Shown: positions 8,371 through 18,066, numbered from the stretch's first letter. The stretch is DNA of 24,976 nucleotides from Promethearchaeota archaeon (GCA_048938445.1 JBHLME010000062.1:1-24976); one strand, 5' to 3'. The notes: generated by a model not told the origin, from the letters alone. Translations and numbers: made by a program.

Positions 8371-10447
8371 TTATTTTACTTTAGATCCTGGTTTTATATC
8401 CTTTTCGGGAGTAAGAAATGCAACATTTTCACCGTCATCAGCGGCTAATAGCATTCCTTGACTAAAAATACCTTTGAGTTTTCTTGGCTCTAAATTTGTT
8501 AAGATAATTATTTTCTTACCTAATAAATCATCATTACTATAGAAATCTGCCAAGCCAGCAACTAAAGTTCTTGTTTCAGTTCCAATATTTACTTTTAGTT
8601 TTAATAATTTATCTGCTTTGGGTACTTTTTCAACACTCTCAATCACTCCTACTCTAATATCAAGTTTGCTAAAGTCTTCATAAGAGATAAAATTCTTTTT
8701 TTCTTCCATTGAATCTTCCTTGTTTTTTAATTTATTAAGTTTTTCTTGAAGTTCTTTAACATCCAATTTTTGAAAAAGTGGTTTTGGTTTATTTATTTTA
8801 TGATTATCTTTTATGGAATTTTCATCAAAATCATACCAATTTAATTCATTCAAATTTTTTTTAATATTTAAAAATTCTAAAACTCTAGTAGAAGTATCAG
8901 GAATAAAAGGAGCTAATAATATTAATATTGCATTAACTGTTTGAATACAAATATTAAATACATGTCCTGCTCCTTTTTTATTTTCTTTTATCAAATGCCA
9001 TGGGGCTTTTTCATTTAGATAAATATTTCCTTCTTTTGCAAAATTTACAATTGCTTTTAAAGCCTTTTTTAGTTTAAATTGATCAATCAATTTACCTACA
9101 ACATCAGCGATGGTGTTTATTTTTTTAATAAATGTTTTATCTATAACATCTAATTCTCCTTTTGGAGGGACAAGGCCACCAAATTGTTTATTTATAAAGG
9201 TTAATGTACGATGAATAAAATTACCAATGTTATCATTTAATATTTTAATATTATTTTCAAATTCCGTCCAAAGAAAGGATGTATCAGATTTTTCAGGTCT
9301 ATTGATAATTAGACTGAATCTCCAATAATCTACTGGTGCAAGTTCCAATGCCTCATCAATCCAAATGCCTACACCCCGAGATTTCGAAAATTTCGCATTT
9401 TCATACATTAAGAATTCAGTTGAAGAAACATTATATGGTAGCACTAATTCTTTTGGATTATGTTTATCGTCATTATATGCAAGTAGTAATCCTGGGAAAA
9501 CAATCAGATGAAAAATAATATTATCTTTCCCAATAAAATAAACGGTTTTGGTTTTAGGATCCTTCCAAAAATAGTCAAATTTTTCAGGTTTATTAATGAT
9601 TTTCTCAGCCCATTCTTTGACAGCAGAGATATATCCTAAGACGGCCTCAAACCACACATAAATCGTTTTATTTTCAGCACCTTGAAATTTAGCAGGAATA
9701 CCCCATTTAAGATCCCTGGTTATTGCTCTCTCAGGTAAACCCTCTGCAATGCTATTTAGGCATACTGTTCTTGCATTTGGAGGGATAATCTTATTATCTT
9801 CTATAAATTTTGCTAATCTATCCTGTAATTTAGGAAAGTTCATGTACCAATGTTTAGTTTTTTTTATTTCAGGAGAATTATTACATATAACACAATAAGG
9901 ATTTTTTAATTCCAAAGGTGTTAATAATTTTTGACATTGATCGCATTGATCTCCTCGAGCTTTTTCATCTCCACAATAGGGGCATACTCCCTCGACAAAT
10001 CTATCGGGTAAAAATAAGTTATCTTGGTTACAATAGAGAGATTCTATCTCTTTTTCAAAAACATAACCATTCTTTTGAACATCGTGGTAAAAATCTTGAA
10101 CAAATTTCTGATGAGTTGGATTGTGCGTATGAGTATAATTATCATAAGAAATATTCCATTTTTCAAACAAATCCTTGATAATCTTATGATTTTCCATTGC
10201 TAATTCTTCTGCATCCATATTTTTTTGCTTAGCAGCAACGGCTACAGGAGTGCCATGGACATCTGAACCGGATACAAACACAACATCATTTCCCTTCAAT
10301 CTCTGATATCTTGCGAAAATATCTGCAGATAAAACACTCCCAATCATGTTCCCTAAATGTGGTTTTGCGTAAGTGAGCGATTTGCTTTACCTAAATCGCA
10401 TTCACATAAGGCCATGCGGAAGTTACAATCCATTTATTTTTTGACAA
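8371..10447 (-). CDS. metG: Methionine--tRNA ligase, split by a 31-nt insert: join(10447..10400, 10368..8371), 681 aa if the insert is removed
   Basis: Segment 1 from TTG at 10447 reads MSKNKWIVTSAWPYVN. Segment 2 reads AKPHLGNMIGSVLSADIFARY... The body has GSDVHG, Zn-knuckle cysteines (CPYC, CDQC, CVIC), ITRDLKWGI, YVWFEA, FIGKDNI, KFSKS, the anticodon domain NEKAPW and a C-terminal tRNA-binding OB fold (LDIRVG...SQGMLLAA). Confidence 0.95.
10369..10399 (-). other. 31-nt frame-disrupting hairpin insert in metG (candidate archaeal mRNA intron; boundaries uncertain by about 2 nt either way)
   Basis: Minus-strand sequence GCGATTTAGGTAAAGCAAATCGCTCACTTAC. It has a perfect 7-bp stem GCGATTT/AAATCGC with a 9-nt loop. 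TAG (10393-10391) stops the upstream frame and TAA (10389-10387) stops the downstream frame. Intronic TCAC pairs with exonic GTGA. Confidence 0.7.
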
Positions 10448-10459
10448 ATTAAGAATTCT

Positions 10460-10464
10460 TCACC
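10460..10464 (-). promoter_or_regulatory. Possible Shine-Dalgarno-like GGTGA upstream of the metG TTG start
   Basis: GGTGA ends 12 nt before TTG 10447 in otherwise AT-rich DNA. An in-frame TGA at 10462-10460 rules out an earlier start. Confidence 0.35.
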
Positions 10465-10582
10465 AGAAAATATTTTATTTAATAATAAAAAGTGTTCTTT
10501 GATTAAATATTTTAGATTAAATATGGATTAACGATTATTAATAAAAACTAAGAAATGAATTAATGAGTTTTATATAGACTAT

Positions 10583-11758
10583 TTATCTATTTGTAATTTG
10601 AGAACCACAATATCTACATGCCTTAATATCTATAATAATTTTATTTAAACAAGTTTCGTGATAATAAGCTTTACATTTACTACATTGAAAAACATTAGTC
10701 TCATTTGAAAAAATATTCCTACAATAAGAACAAGAAGCATCAATTTTCCCGATTTCATCTTCAGGAATCGATATCATTTCAGTTGTTTTTTCATTTTCAA
10801 TAATTTTTATTCTTTTAGTGCTTATTTTATCATCATCAAATAATGCAATTACAGATTTAGGTACTTTTAATAGGAAGAAACAAAAGGGACATCTGAATAT
10901 GTTCTCTTTTAATTCTGATTTTTTCGCCCATTGTGCAGCACAAGAAATATGCATTGTGCGATCACATGAAGGACAACTTCTCCCTTCCGTAAAAAAATCA
11001 GCTCCTGTTAAAGGTGCTTTAATTGAATGACAAATTGCACATTTTTGTTTTTCAATTATTTTTCCACTCATTAACATTTGTATTTCCGCTAATGAGGGCC
11101 TTCTAAGTGATAAAGCAATTTCACTAATTAATGGTGTTTTATCCTCTTTTATTTGAGCATAAAATTCATTTGATTCTTTAATTGTCTTCTTAGATGCAAA
11201 CGATTTTCCAGAATTTATAATAGCTTTTACATTATTAAAATATCCAAATTCTCCATCAGTTAATTGAGCGATTAGTTTTAATGAACTTTTTTCTTCATTC
11301 AGAGTCTTACCAAATTGACATGTATCAATAAAAATTCCTAATCCTTTAGCTATATTAACAATTTTTTTTAACTGTTCATTGAATTCAATAGATTTTAAGT
11401 CGCAGATGACAAAAATTCTAAAAATCTTTCCTCCAACTTTTCGCATCTCTTCAACTAGAATTTGAATTGCAAAAGATATTCCTTCATGTAATATTGCTTT
11501 ACCAGATACATCTATTCTTTCTAACGAATTCATTAATTGTTCCTCATCAAATGAAAATGGAATAATCTTTTTAGGAGATTTACCAATTGTTAAAATGGAG
11601 ATCCGGTCTTTAGGATCTATAGAAAATTTAGTTTGAATAAAAAGTTTGATGATTTCAAAAGCGACATCAAGTCGTCGCGGCTCAAAATCATTTCTCATCA
11701 TTGAACGAGATGTATCAAGAATTACTACCGTGTCTTCTATACGCTCAGTTGATCCCAT
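10583..11758 (-). CDS. VWA domain (Ssl1/p44/Rpn10-like) protein with two C-terminal RING/PHD-like zinc fingers
   Basis: MIDAS-type start ILDTSRSMMRNDFEPRRL. Finger 1: CAIC..CPSC-x4-H-x2-C..CPFC. Finger 2: CSYC..CSKC-x4-H-x2-C..CRYC. Both follow a C4HC3 pattern. Confidence 0.85.
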   Translation of the reverse strand: MGSTERIEDTVVILDTSRSMMRNDFEPRRLDVAFEIIKLFIQTKFSIDPKDRISILTIGKSPKKIIPFSFDEEQLMNSLERIDVSGKAILHEGISFAIQILVEEMRKVGGKIFRIFVICDLKSIEFNEQLKKIVNIAKGLGIFIDTCQFGKTLNEEKSSLKLIAQLTDGEFGYFNNVKAIINSGKSFASKKTIKESNEFYAQIKEDKTPLISEIALSLRRPSLAEIQMLMSGKIIEKQKCAICHSIKAPLTGADFFTEGRSCPSCDRTMHISCAAQWAKKSELKENIFRCPFCFFLLKVPKSVIALFDDDKISTKRIKIIENEKTTEMISIPEDEIGKIDASCSYCRNIFSNETNVFQCSKCKAYYHETCLNKIIIDIKACRYCGSQITNR

Positions 11759-11939
11759 AAAACTTTCAGATGATATATATTATTATTAGAATTTTTGATA
11801 TATATAATAAAAAAAGAATTTAATATAAGTATCTTTTTAGGAGAACTATTCCTCTGATAAATTCTAGATTGTATTTGAAGAAATATAATAATCTAATTTA
11901 TTATTATACTCAAAATTAGAATAATATTAAAAATTGTAT

Positions 11940-13310
11940 TTAATCATTATTCATTAAAAATCTATAAGCAAAAAGTGTAAAAACCTTAATTGAATTGATA
12001 AAATCTTTAACTGAGATATATTCATTTGTAGTATGTGCTATCGTTCCATTTCCAGGACCAAATAATATTGTTTGAAGGCAATAATTAGAATTACGTAAAA
12101 AATGAGCATCAGAAGAAGCAGGAAATAATAGATATATTGGTTTTTCTTTATAAATTTCTTCAATAGTCGAGGAAAGTTTCTCAAGGACCAGAGAATCTTG
12201 CCAATCCTTCCAAAATGATGCTTCTGAAACCTTTATAACTTCAAAATAGACAAAAACATCGCGAGGGTTACCGATAGGTGAGTCTCGGACATCATAACCT
12301 AATTTTATAATTAGGTTCTTAAAAGCATTTATAGTAATCTCTGGAGTTTGATTAGGTAAAAGTCGAAAATCAATGGTTGCAGAACATTGATTGGGTATGA
12401 CGTTATCCTTAATTCCACCTTCAATCATGTTTAAACTTTGAGTGAATTTTGAAATTGATTGAATTATGGGTTTAATATTGGGATTTTCTGTTAAATAATT
12501 TTGATAACTTTCATTATCAGGAAAAGATGATGCAATATTATTTTCTAATTCTTCTTGAGTCATCGAGGGTTTGATATCTTTTATATTGAGCATTTCTTCT
12601 TCAATATTATCTAAATTCTGTATTATTTCACTCATCATTGTGATAGCATTTTTACCTAAAAAAGGTGCAGAAGAATGACTTGAAATTCCATTAGTAATAA
12701 CTTTTAATACAAGTCTACCTTTTTCTCCAAGAATTATTGTTTTGGGAAGATTGATTATTCCAGAGGGCTCTCCAACAATTGAAAAATCAACTTTTATGGA
12801 TCTTTTCTTAAAAATATTATCAAGACACCATTGCGTACCTAATTTACCTCCTGTTTCTTCATCAGCAACAGCATTTAAAATTAAATTATTTTGTGTTTCA
12901 ACTTTTAATTGTTTTAATATTTTTAAAGCGATAGTCATAGCAGCTAATCCACCTTTCATATCAGTTGATCCTCTACCAAAAATTTTAAGATTCGTGCTAT
13001 GTGCTGATAAAGGAGGATGTTTCCACTCAGAATCTGTTCCTGGTGGGACAACATCCATGTGCGCGTTGTATAGAAGATTTTTACCATTTAAGTTATCATT
13101 TAAACAGGCAAATAAATTAGCTCGGTTAGTCTCAAAGGGGAAAATTTCACTTTTTATATTTGATTCTTCTAAAAATGATTTAATTTTTATCGCGATATCT
13201 TTTTCATTTCCAGGGGGATTGAATGAATCAATCTGAATAAGAGTTTTTAAAAATTTAATGAAATCTTGTTTCTTCTCATTAATAGTCTTAAGAATTAATT
13301 CTTCAATCAT
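11940..13310 (-). CDS. M20 family metallopeptidase (ArgE/DapE-like deacylase)
   Basis: Motifs NAHMDVVP, GRGSTDMKGG, DEETGG, VGEPS, SDAHF and AHTTNEYI. Confidence 0.92.
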   Translation of the reverse strand: MIEELILKTINEKKQDFIKFLKTLIQIDSFNPPGNEKDIAIKIKSFLEESNIKSEIFPFETNRANLFACLNDNLNGKNLLYNAHMDVVPPGTDSEWKHPPLSAHSTNLKIFGRGSTDMKGGLAAMTIALKILKQLKVETQNNLILNAVADEETGGKLGTQWCLDNIFKKRSIKVDFSIVGEPSGIINLPKTIILGEKGRLVLKVITNGISSHSSAPFLGKNAITMMSEIIQNLDNIEEEMLNIKDIKPSMTQEELENNIASSFPDNESYQNYLTENPNIKPIIQSISKFTQSLNMIEGGIKDNVIPNQCSATIDFRLLPNQTPEITINAFKNLIIKLGYDVRDSPIGNPRDVFVYFEVIKVSEASFWKDWQDSLVLEKLSSTIEEIYKEKPIYLLFPASSDAHFLRNSNYCLQTILFGPGNGTIAHTTNEYISVKDFINSIKVFTLFAYRFLMNND

Positions 13311-13450
13311 CGAGATGAATAGTATTTATATTCTTATGATATTATGCAATATAAAGCTTTTAATTAAATTCTTTTGCAAGTTTTTTTTTAGCAAATTTTA
13401 AAATTATATACATGTTTTACTAATAATAATTTATATACTTGAAAAGAAGC

Positions 13451-16400
13451 ATGCTATATCAAAAGAATAAAAACTCAACAAAAATTTTTGTAATATGTGT
13501 ATTTGTTAGTTTAATTGTCTCTTCAAATATATTGTTAATTAGTTCTCTTAGTCCTATTAAAGGAAAAGGTGACAATAGTTTATATGAAGATAGTATAAAT
13601 TTAGATACTTCCGCACTTTTTGATTTATCTGACTATTTTATCACGGGAACGGGCAATTCTTTAGAAACAAGAACATATGCAGAAAATCTCTCCTACTCCA
13701 ATAATAATCTTGGATATTTTAATATAGCCGCGCCTACAACACCAATGCGCTTATCTTATGGTGAATTCAATTTTACCTTTCAAAATAATTATACAACGGA
13801 ATATGTCTTGGAAGAAGATAATGCTTTATATCCAAGCGAACATTTTGATAACTATAAAGCCAATTTTCAAGATTCTGATTTCACAATAAATGATGGTACA
13901 ATAGAAACTGGGACGGCAGATGAAATAAAAGATAATAACCAAGATTCATATATGAGGTTTATATCTTCAGGAACTTCATTAGATTTTACTATAAAAAATG
14001 ATTTTACGGGTGCCGCATACAGAAGAGTTGCGTTCGATCGGAGTAATATTTTGGGATTAATAGTGAATTATACTTATAGCATCAATCAAACTGTTAGTTT
14101 AACTCTTCATATGAAAAATGCCTCTGATGATAGTTGGAATATTATCTTAGATAGTTTTAGTTTAAATGCTAGCACTGGAATCGATTCTTTTAATGAAATT
14201 TTCATTAATACTAATTTAAATTTCATTAATTCGACTGATATAAGCGAGATAAGGTTTGATTTTACTAGTAGTTCAGATCCTTTCAAGCTTGAATTAAGAG
14301 AATTTTCTTTAAATTCAACGATGGGTTTTGAATTACCAATATCTTCCCAAGAATACGTAGCTCTTGAATTTGATTTAAGAGGTGAAAGCACTCAAGTAAA
14401 TGGATTCTATGCTTGGATCAGAACACTTAATTTAACTGATGCAATTGGAAAAACTTTAAACATCTCTCTATATGAAGCAAGTGGAACCATAGTAAGAAGT
14501 GACGGCAGTCTATTAAGTTCAACTATAAAACCAAATAATAGCATGTTAATTGATACAAAATTATTTTCATACCAAGGTGATGATATTACTTATTTTGATT
14601 TTAATATTGGAAACACCTATAATCTTACATTTAACAATTACTTCATCGTTATCAAATCTGACGCATCAGAAGGAACTTATTCATTAGTAACTATCCCTGG
14701 AGCTCCTTATGGAGATGAAGATAAAATAGATCATCAATTAAAAAGAACTATTGATGATGGCTCTACCTGGAATCGTGCTCAAATTACTCAAGGATCTTAC
14801 ACGACTCCATGGATAGATGCAAGCTCATTTAAATTAAATGTTACGAGAGGGTATATACCTTCTGATTTTAACGATACTTTACAAATGGAAAATATTTACA
14901 TTAATGATAAAGCCATGAGTTTTTATCCTTTTAGTGGAAATGCCAATGAATATGGAAATGCCGAATGGGGTAAGGGGGCGTGTAATGATACATTTTTACC
15001 TCACATAGACGACGTAGCAAGTAATTTTCAATTAGATTTAACTTGGAATAGTAATATCACTAATGGGTTTGAATTTAATGTAACATATCATGTAGTGGCT
15101 TATGCTGTAGGAAGTACAACTACCACCTATGAAGTCAAGTATGATGGTATTCCAAAATGGTCATTGAATTTTACATTGAATACAAATATTGCTAACTGGA
15201 ATTATACGGAATTTTGGTATGTATATCCGAATGATATGGATGCTCATAATTTGAAAGATCCTAATTATAATGAGATTTTAATGAATTCTACTAGTAATGA
15301 ACTTCCAAATCCAGAGAATATAATTTATGATATAGTCATTGTAGACTCCAATGTCAATGGAGAATATTCATTAAACCTTACCAGTACGAATTATTTATCA
15401 ACTTCCCAACAAGTTCATAGTTATATCAATTACAATAGCACTCTTTGGGAAACTAAAGGTTTCATGTATGGGGATAATATTTCTATTAGTCTTGATGTAA
15501 AAGATCATAATAATCAAGCACCTACTAGTGGTGATGCTAATGTATCGCTTTTTATAGATGGTACTTATGATACATCTCTTACCAGCGATATAGGGAATGT
15601 TTCTGAGGATAATAAATATCTAATTTATTATTTTGGTAATCAATCAATACTTGATGTTGATAGTAGCGTTCTATTTAATAAGTATTACTACTTAGGATAC
15701 TTTTGGACTAATGGTACTGCTATTGGATGCAAAAAATCCCAAATTTTCATCGATAATTATGTTCTTGATTATTCTAAATTTGAATATGATGAAGATGTCA
15801 AAGGTAATCTATTATATATTAAACATCTTAACAAAAATTATAAATATTGGGAAGATTATAACCTATTGGTTGCAACTGTAAATCAAACTACATCGAAACC
15901 ATCTTATCCTATTTCAAAAATAAATTTAAATAGACAATATTCTTACACTAATCCTTTAATACCTGTTCAATTAGATTTAGTCCTTAATTCTTTTAAACAA
16001 AGTGAGGATATTTTAAATCCTGATGAGACCATTGACTTTAAAGTTGAATTAGAAAATTTAGAGTTATCATATAATTTAAAACTGAGAATTAAGGTTCAGC
16101 TTGTTTCCCTTGTTAATGAAGAATGGATAATTGCGGAAGGATATTCAACAACGCAAATCTTAGATTCAAGTAATAGTGGAACTGGAGATCATAAAAAAGA
16201 ATTTGATGTCACCCTTACCGTTCCATCTTATGAAAGCATGAATCAAGAATGGTATGGTAAAAATGCTCCAATAAGGAAAGGAGGGGCTAAAACTATAGTG
16301 ACTATTTATTATGTTGATCAAGATGAGATTTTTGGAGTATATGAAAGCGATGATTATTCCATCTTAATTGACGATAATGAAAACAATTTTGAAGGTTATA

Positions 16401-17701
16401 TAATAGGTTTAACACATAGAGTTTCTAGTACGACTGATCCACTAGTAAATATTTCTAGAAATGACTGTCTTTATAATCAAACGGGCTATAATACAACCAT
16501 TATAGTGAATTATTATACGAAATATTATGCAAGTATATATGATGATTACATTGCTAACTTTTCTTTAAAAATGCATAGTTTATTTGATAATATAGCAACA
16601 ATTCCAAGTGATATTGATGATGTTGATGAATTTAATTTAACTTCAGTTTTAAAAACCGAATTTGGTGAAATCTTATCCGGAAAAACAGTAACATGTCAAT
16701 ACCAAAATGAAACAGGTGGTTGGACTAATTTAGACAACCCTATAGATACAACTGATCAAAATGGAAAAACCGAATTTGAGATAATTTTAAAAGATTTAGT
16801 GAATATTTCTGAAAGTTTTAAAATCAGATTAATGTGGAGCGGTAATGAAACTATCAATGGTACAATACAAGAAGAGCTAATCATAAGGAACCCTTCAACA
16901 GCATCATTAACTATCTTATTAGGGTCATTACCAACTGTATATAAGCGTATTCTAAATCAAGTTATTATTAGGTTTTCTAATACAGGTAACAAGGTATTAT
17001 CAATTTTTAAGGATAATATTACTATTTCCATTAAGGAATTCGGAAATGATATAAGTATTGACATTTTTTATAAAAGTGCTTTACAGAATCTTGCACCTGG
17101 GGAAGCAGTAGATATCACAATTCAATTTTTTCTTCCATCTATAGATTCAGAAACAATTTATCTTAATATTACAATCAATACAGAAGACATAACTCAAAAA
17201 ACTACTATAATTAGTCTTACAGCTATAAATCCAACCTATCTATCAAATATTTCTTTGATTATAATTTTATTAGCAATTGCAGGAATTTTCCTTTTATGGT
17301 TAGGTGCGGTTCTCTATTCAAGGCGAGTAAAATATAATATAAGACAATCCTTAAAAGAACCAGTTAAAAAGGAACGACCAAGAAGAGGTAGATATGTAAA
17401 ACCATCAGAATTAAAACCTATAACAAAGATTAAGGAACTTGAACAACCTAAACTTGAAAAAGAACCTAAAGTAGTAGAAAAAATTGTAGAAGAAGAAAAG
17501 CCAACTACAGATTTAGATTCTCTTTTAGCTGAAACAGGGATCGATACAACAGTTAAAAAACCACAATATTCTCGTTCTGCTTTAAAAAAATGGAACCTTG
17601 ATAAATTACGGGATTATTGTAAAAAGAATGGTATTAAATTCAGTTCTAAAACTACAAAATCTGAACTAATAGATAAAATTTTAAGTAAAAATAAAAAATA
17701 A
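13451..17701 (+). CDS. Large membrane-anchored cell-surface protein with a cytoplasmic C-terminal HeH/SAP/Rho-N-like domain
   Basis: N-terminal basic plus hydrophobic signal or anchor. A ~1200-aa N/S/T/D/Y-rich region with many N-x-S/T sequons follows, then TM helix ISLIIILLAIAGIFLLWLGAVLY, a K/E/P-rich linker and terminal LKKWNLDKLRDYCKKNGIKFSSKTTKSELIDKIL. Start is ATG 13451 or TTG 13439. Confidence 0.8.
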   Translation: MLYQKNKNSTKIFVICVFVSLIVSSNILLISSLSPIKGKGDNSLYEDSINLDTSALFDLSDYFITGTGNSLETRTYAENLSYSNNNLGYFNIAAPTTPMRLSYGEFNFTFQNNYTTEYVLEEDNALYPSEHFDNYKANFQDSDFTINDGTIETGTADEIKDNNQDSYMRFISSGTSLDFTIKNDFTGAAYRRVAFDRSNILGLIVNYTYSINQTVSLTLHMKNASDDSWNIILDSFSLNASTGIDSFNEIFINTNLNFINSTDISEIRFDFTSSSDPFKLELREFSLNSTMGFELPISSQEYVALEFDLRGESTQVNGFYAWIRTLNLTDAIGKTLNISLYEASGTIVRSDGSLLSSTIKPNNSMLIDTKLFSYQGDDITYFDFNIGNTYNLTFNNYFIVIKSDASEGTYSLVTIPGAPYGDEDKIDHQLKRTIDDGSTWNRAQITQGSYTTPWIDASSFKLNVTRGYIPSDFNDTLQMENIYINDKAMSFYPFSGNANEYGNAEWGKGACNDTFLPHIDDVASNFQLDLTWNSNITNGFEFNVTYHVVAYAVGSTTTTYEVKYDGIPKWSLNFTLNTNIANWNYTEFWYVYPNDMDAHNLKDPNYNEILMNSTSNELPNPENIIYDIVIVDSNVNGEYSLNLTSTNYLSTSQQVHSYINYNSTLWETKGFMYGDNISISLDVKDHNNQAPTSGDANVSLFIDGTYDTSLTSDIGNVSEDNKYLIYYFGNQSILDVDSSVLFNKYYYLGYFWTNGTAIGCKKSQIFIDNYVLDYSKFEYDEDVKGNLLYIKHLNKNYKYWEDYNLLVATVNQTTSKPSYPISKINLNRQYSYTNPLIPVQLDLVLNSFKQSEDILNPDETIDFKVELENLELSYNLKLRIKVQLVSLVNEEWIIAEGYSTTQILDSSNSGTGDHKKEFDVTLTVPSYESMNQEWYGKNAPIRKGGAKTIVTIYYVDQDEIFGVYESDDYSILIDDNENNFEGYIIGLTHRVSSTTDPLVNISRNDCLYNQTGYNTTIIVNYYTKYYASIYDDYIANFSLKMHSLFDNIATIPSDIDDVDEFNLTSVLKTEFGEILSGKTVTCQYQNETGGWTNLDNPIDTTDQNGKTEFEIILKDLVNISESFKIRLMWSGNETINGTIQEELIIRNPSTASLTILLGSLPTVYKRILNQVIIRFSNTGNKVLSIFKDNITISIKEFGNDISIDIFYKSALQNLAPGEAVDITIQFFLPSIDSETIYLNITINTEDITQKTTIISLTAINPTYLSNISLIIILLAIAGIFLLWLGAVLYSRRVKYNIRQSLKEPVKKERPRRGRYVKPSELKPITKIKELEQPKLEKEPKVVEKIVEEEKPTTDLDSLLAETGIDTTVKKPQYSRSALKKWNLDKLRDYCKKNGIKFSSKTTKSELIDKILSKNKK

Positions 17702-17712
17702 AAAAAGAAATG

Positions 17713-18066
17713 CTATTTGGCAATATTCATTAGATTTCGTTTAAGAAGTCCTAATGACGAACGACCATCAGATCCCGCCAAAGCAATTAATATAATATCT
17801 GATGAACTGACGATTACGGTGAAACCCCCCTCTAATTCAATCGTAGTGTCTTTCAATGCTCCTTTATCGACCTTATTACCAAGGGTATTTGCATCTTTGA
17901 TAATGCTCGCACAGGCTTTTGCTATAGTTCCATGATCCATTTCTGTTAATGTTTGACCTACTAATACACTCCCATTAGTATCCGCGGCAATCAATCCTTC
18001 ACATTCAGGTACAATATCCATCAATTCTGCTAATTTCTTTTCTATAACAGCTTTATCCATTGGCAT
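17713..18066 (-). CDS. Roadblock/LC7 (MglB-like) domain protein
   Basis: 117 aa with a helix, EGLIAADTNGSVLVG, a second helix, GALKDTTIELEGG, ILIALA and a final SLGLL helix, which is the typical roadblock pattern. Confidence 0.85.
   Translation of the reverse strand: MPMDKAVIEKKLAELMDIVPECEGLIAADTNGSVLVGQTLTEMDHGTIAKACASIIKDANTLGNKVDKGALKDTTIELEGGFTVIVSSSDIILIALAGSDGRSSLGLLKRNLMNIAK

Noticed and set aside
8371-10347. metG starting at Met 10347 as a complete protein
   Set aside because: It would lack the PY..PHLGN (HIGH-type) motif needed for amino-acid activation, and the conserved N-terminus is present upstream.
10369-10395. Spliceosomal-looking words in the metG insert (AG|GTAAAG and branch-point-like CTCAC/CTTAC) and a group II-like AC end
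   Set aside because: Cutting at that GT leaves the TAG stop in exon 1, and there is no suitable AG acceptor. The insert is far too short for a group II intron and has no GUGYG start. These are chance matches.
11859-11900. Imperfect inverted repeat between the M20 peptidase gene and the VWA gene
   Set aside because: The pairing is AT-only in places, bulged and weak, which is not enough to call a terminator or ncRNA.
12742-13236. 164-aa plus-strand ORF and the other short overlapping ORFs (2514, 5682, 6602, 9336, 9918, 10818, 14107, 17717, 21698, 22249, 22733, 23304, 24223)
   Set aside because: All lie largely antisense to well-supported genes and show no recognisable motifs.
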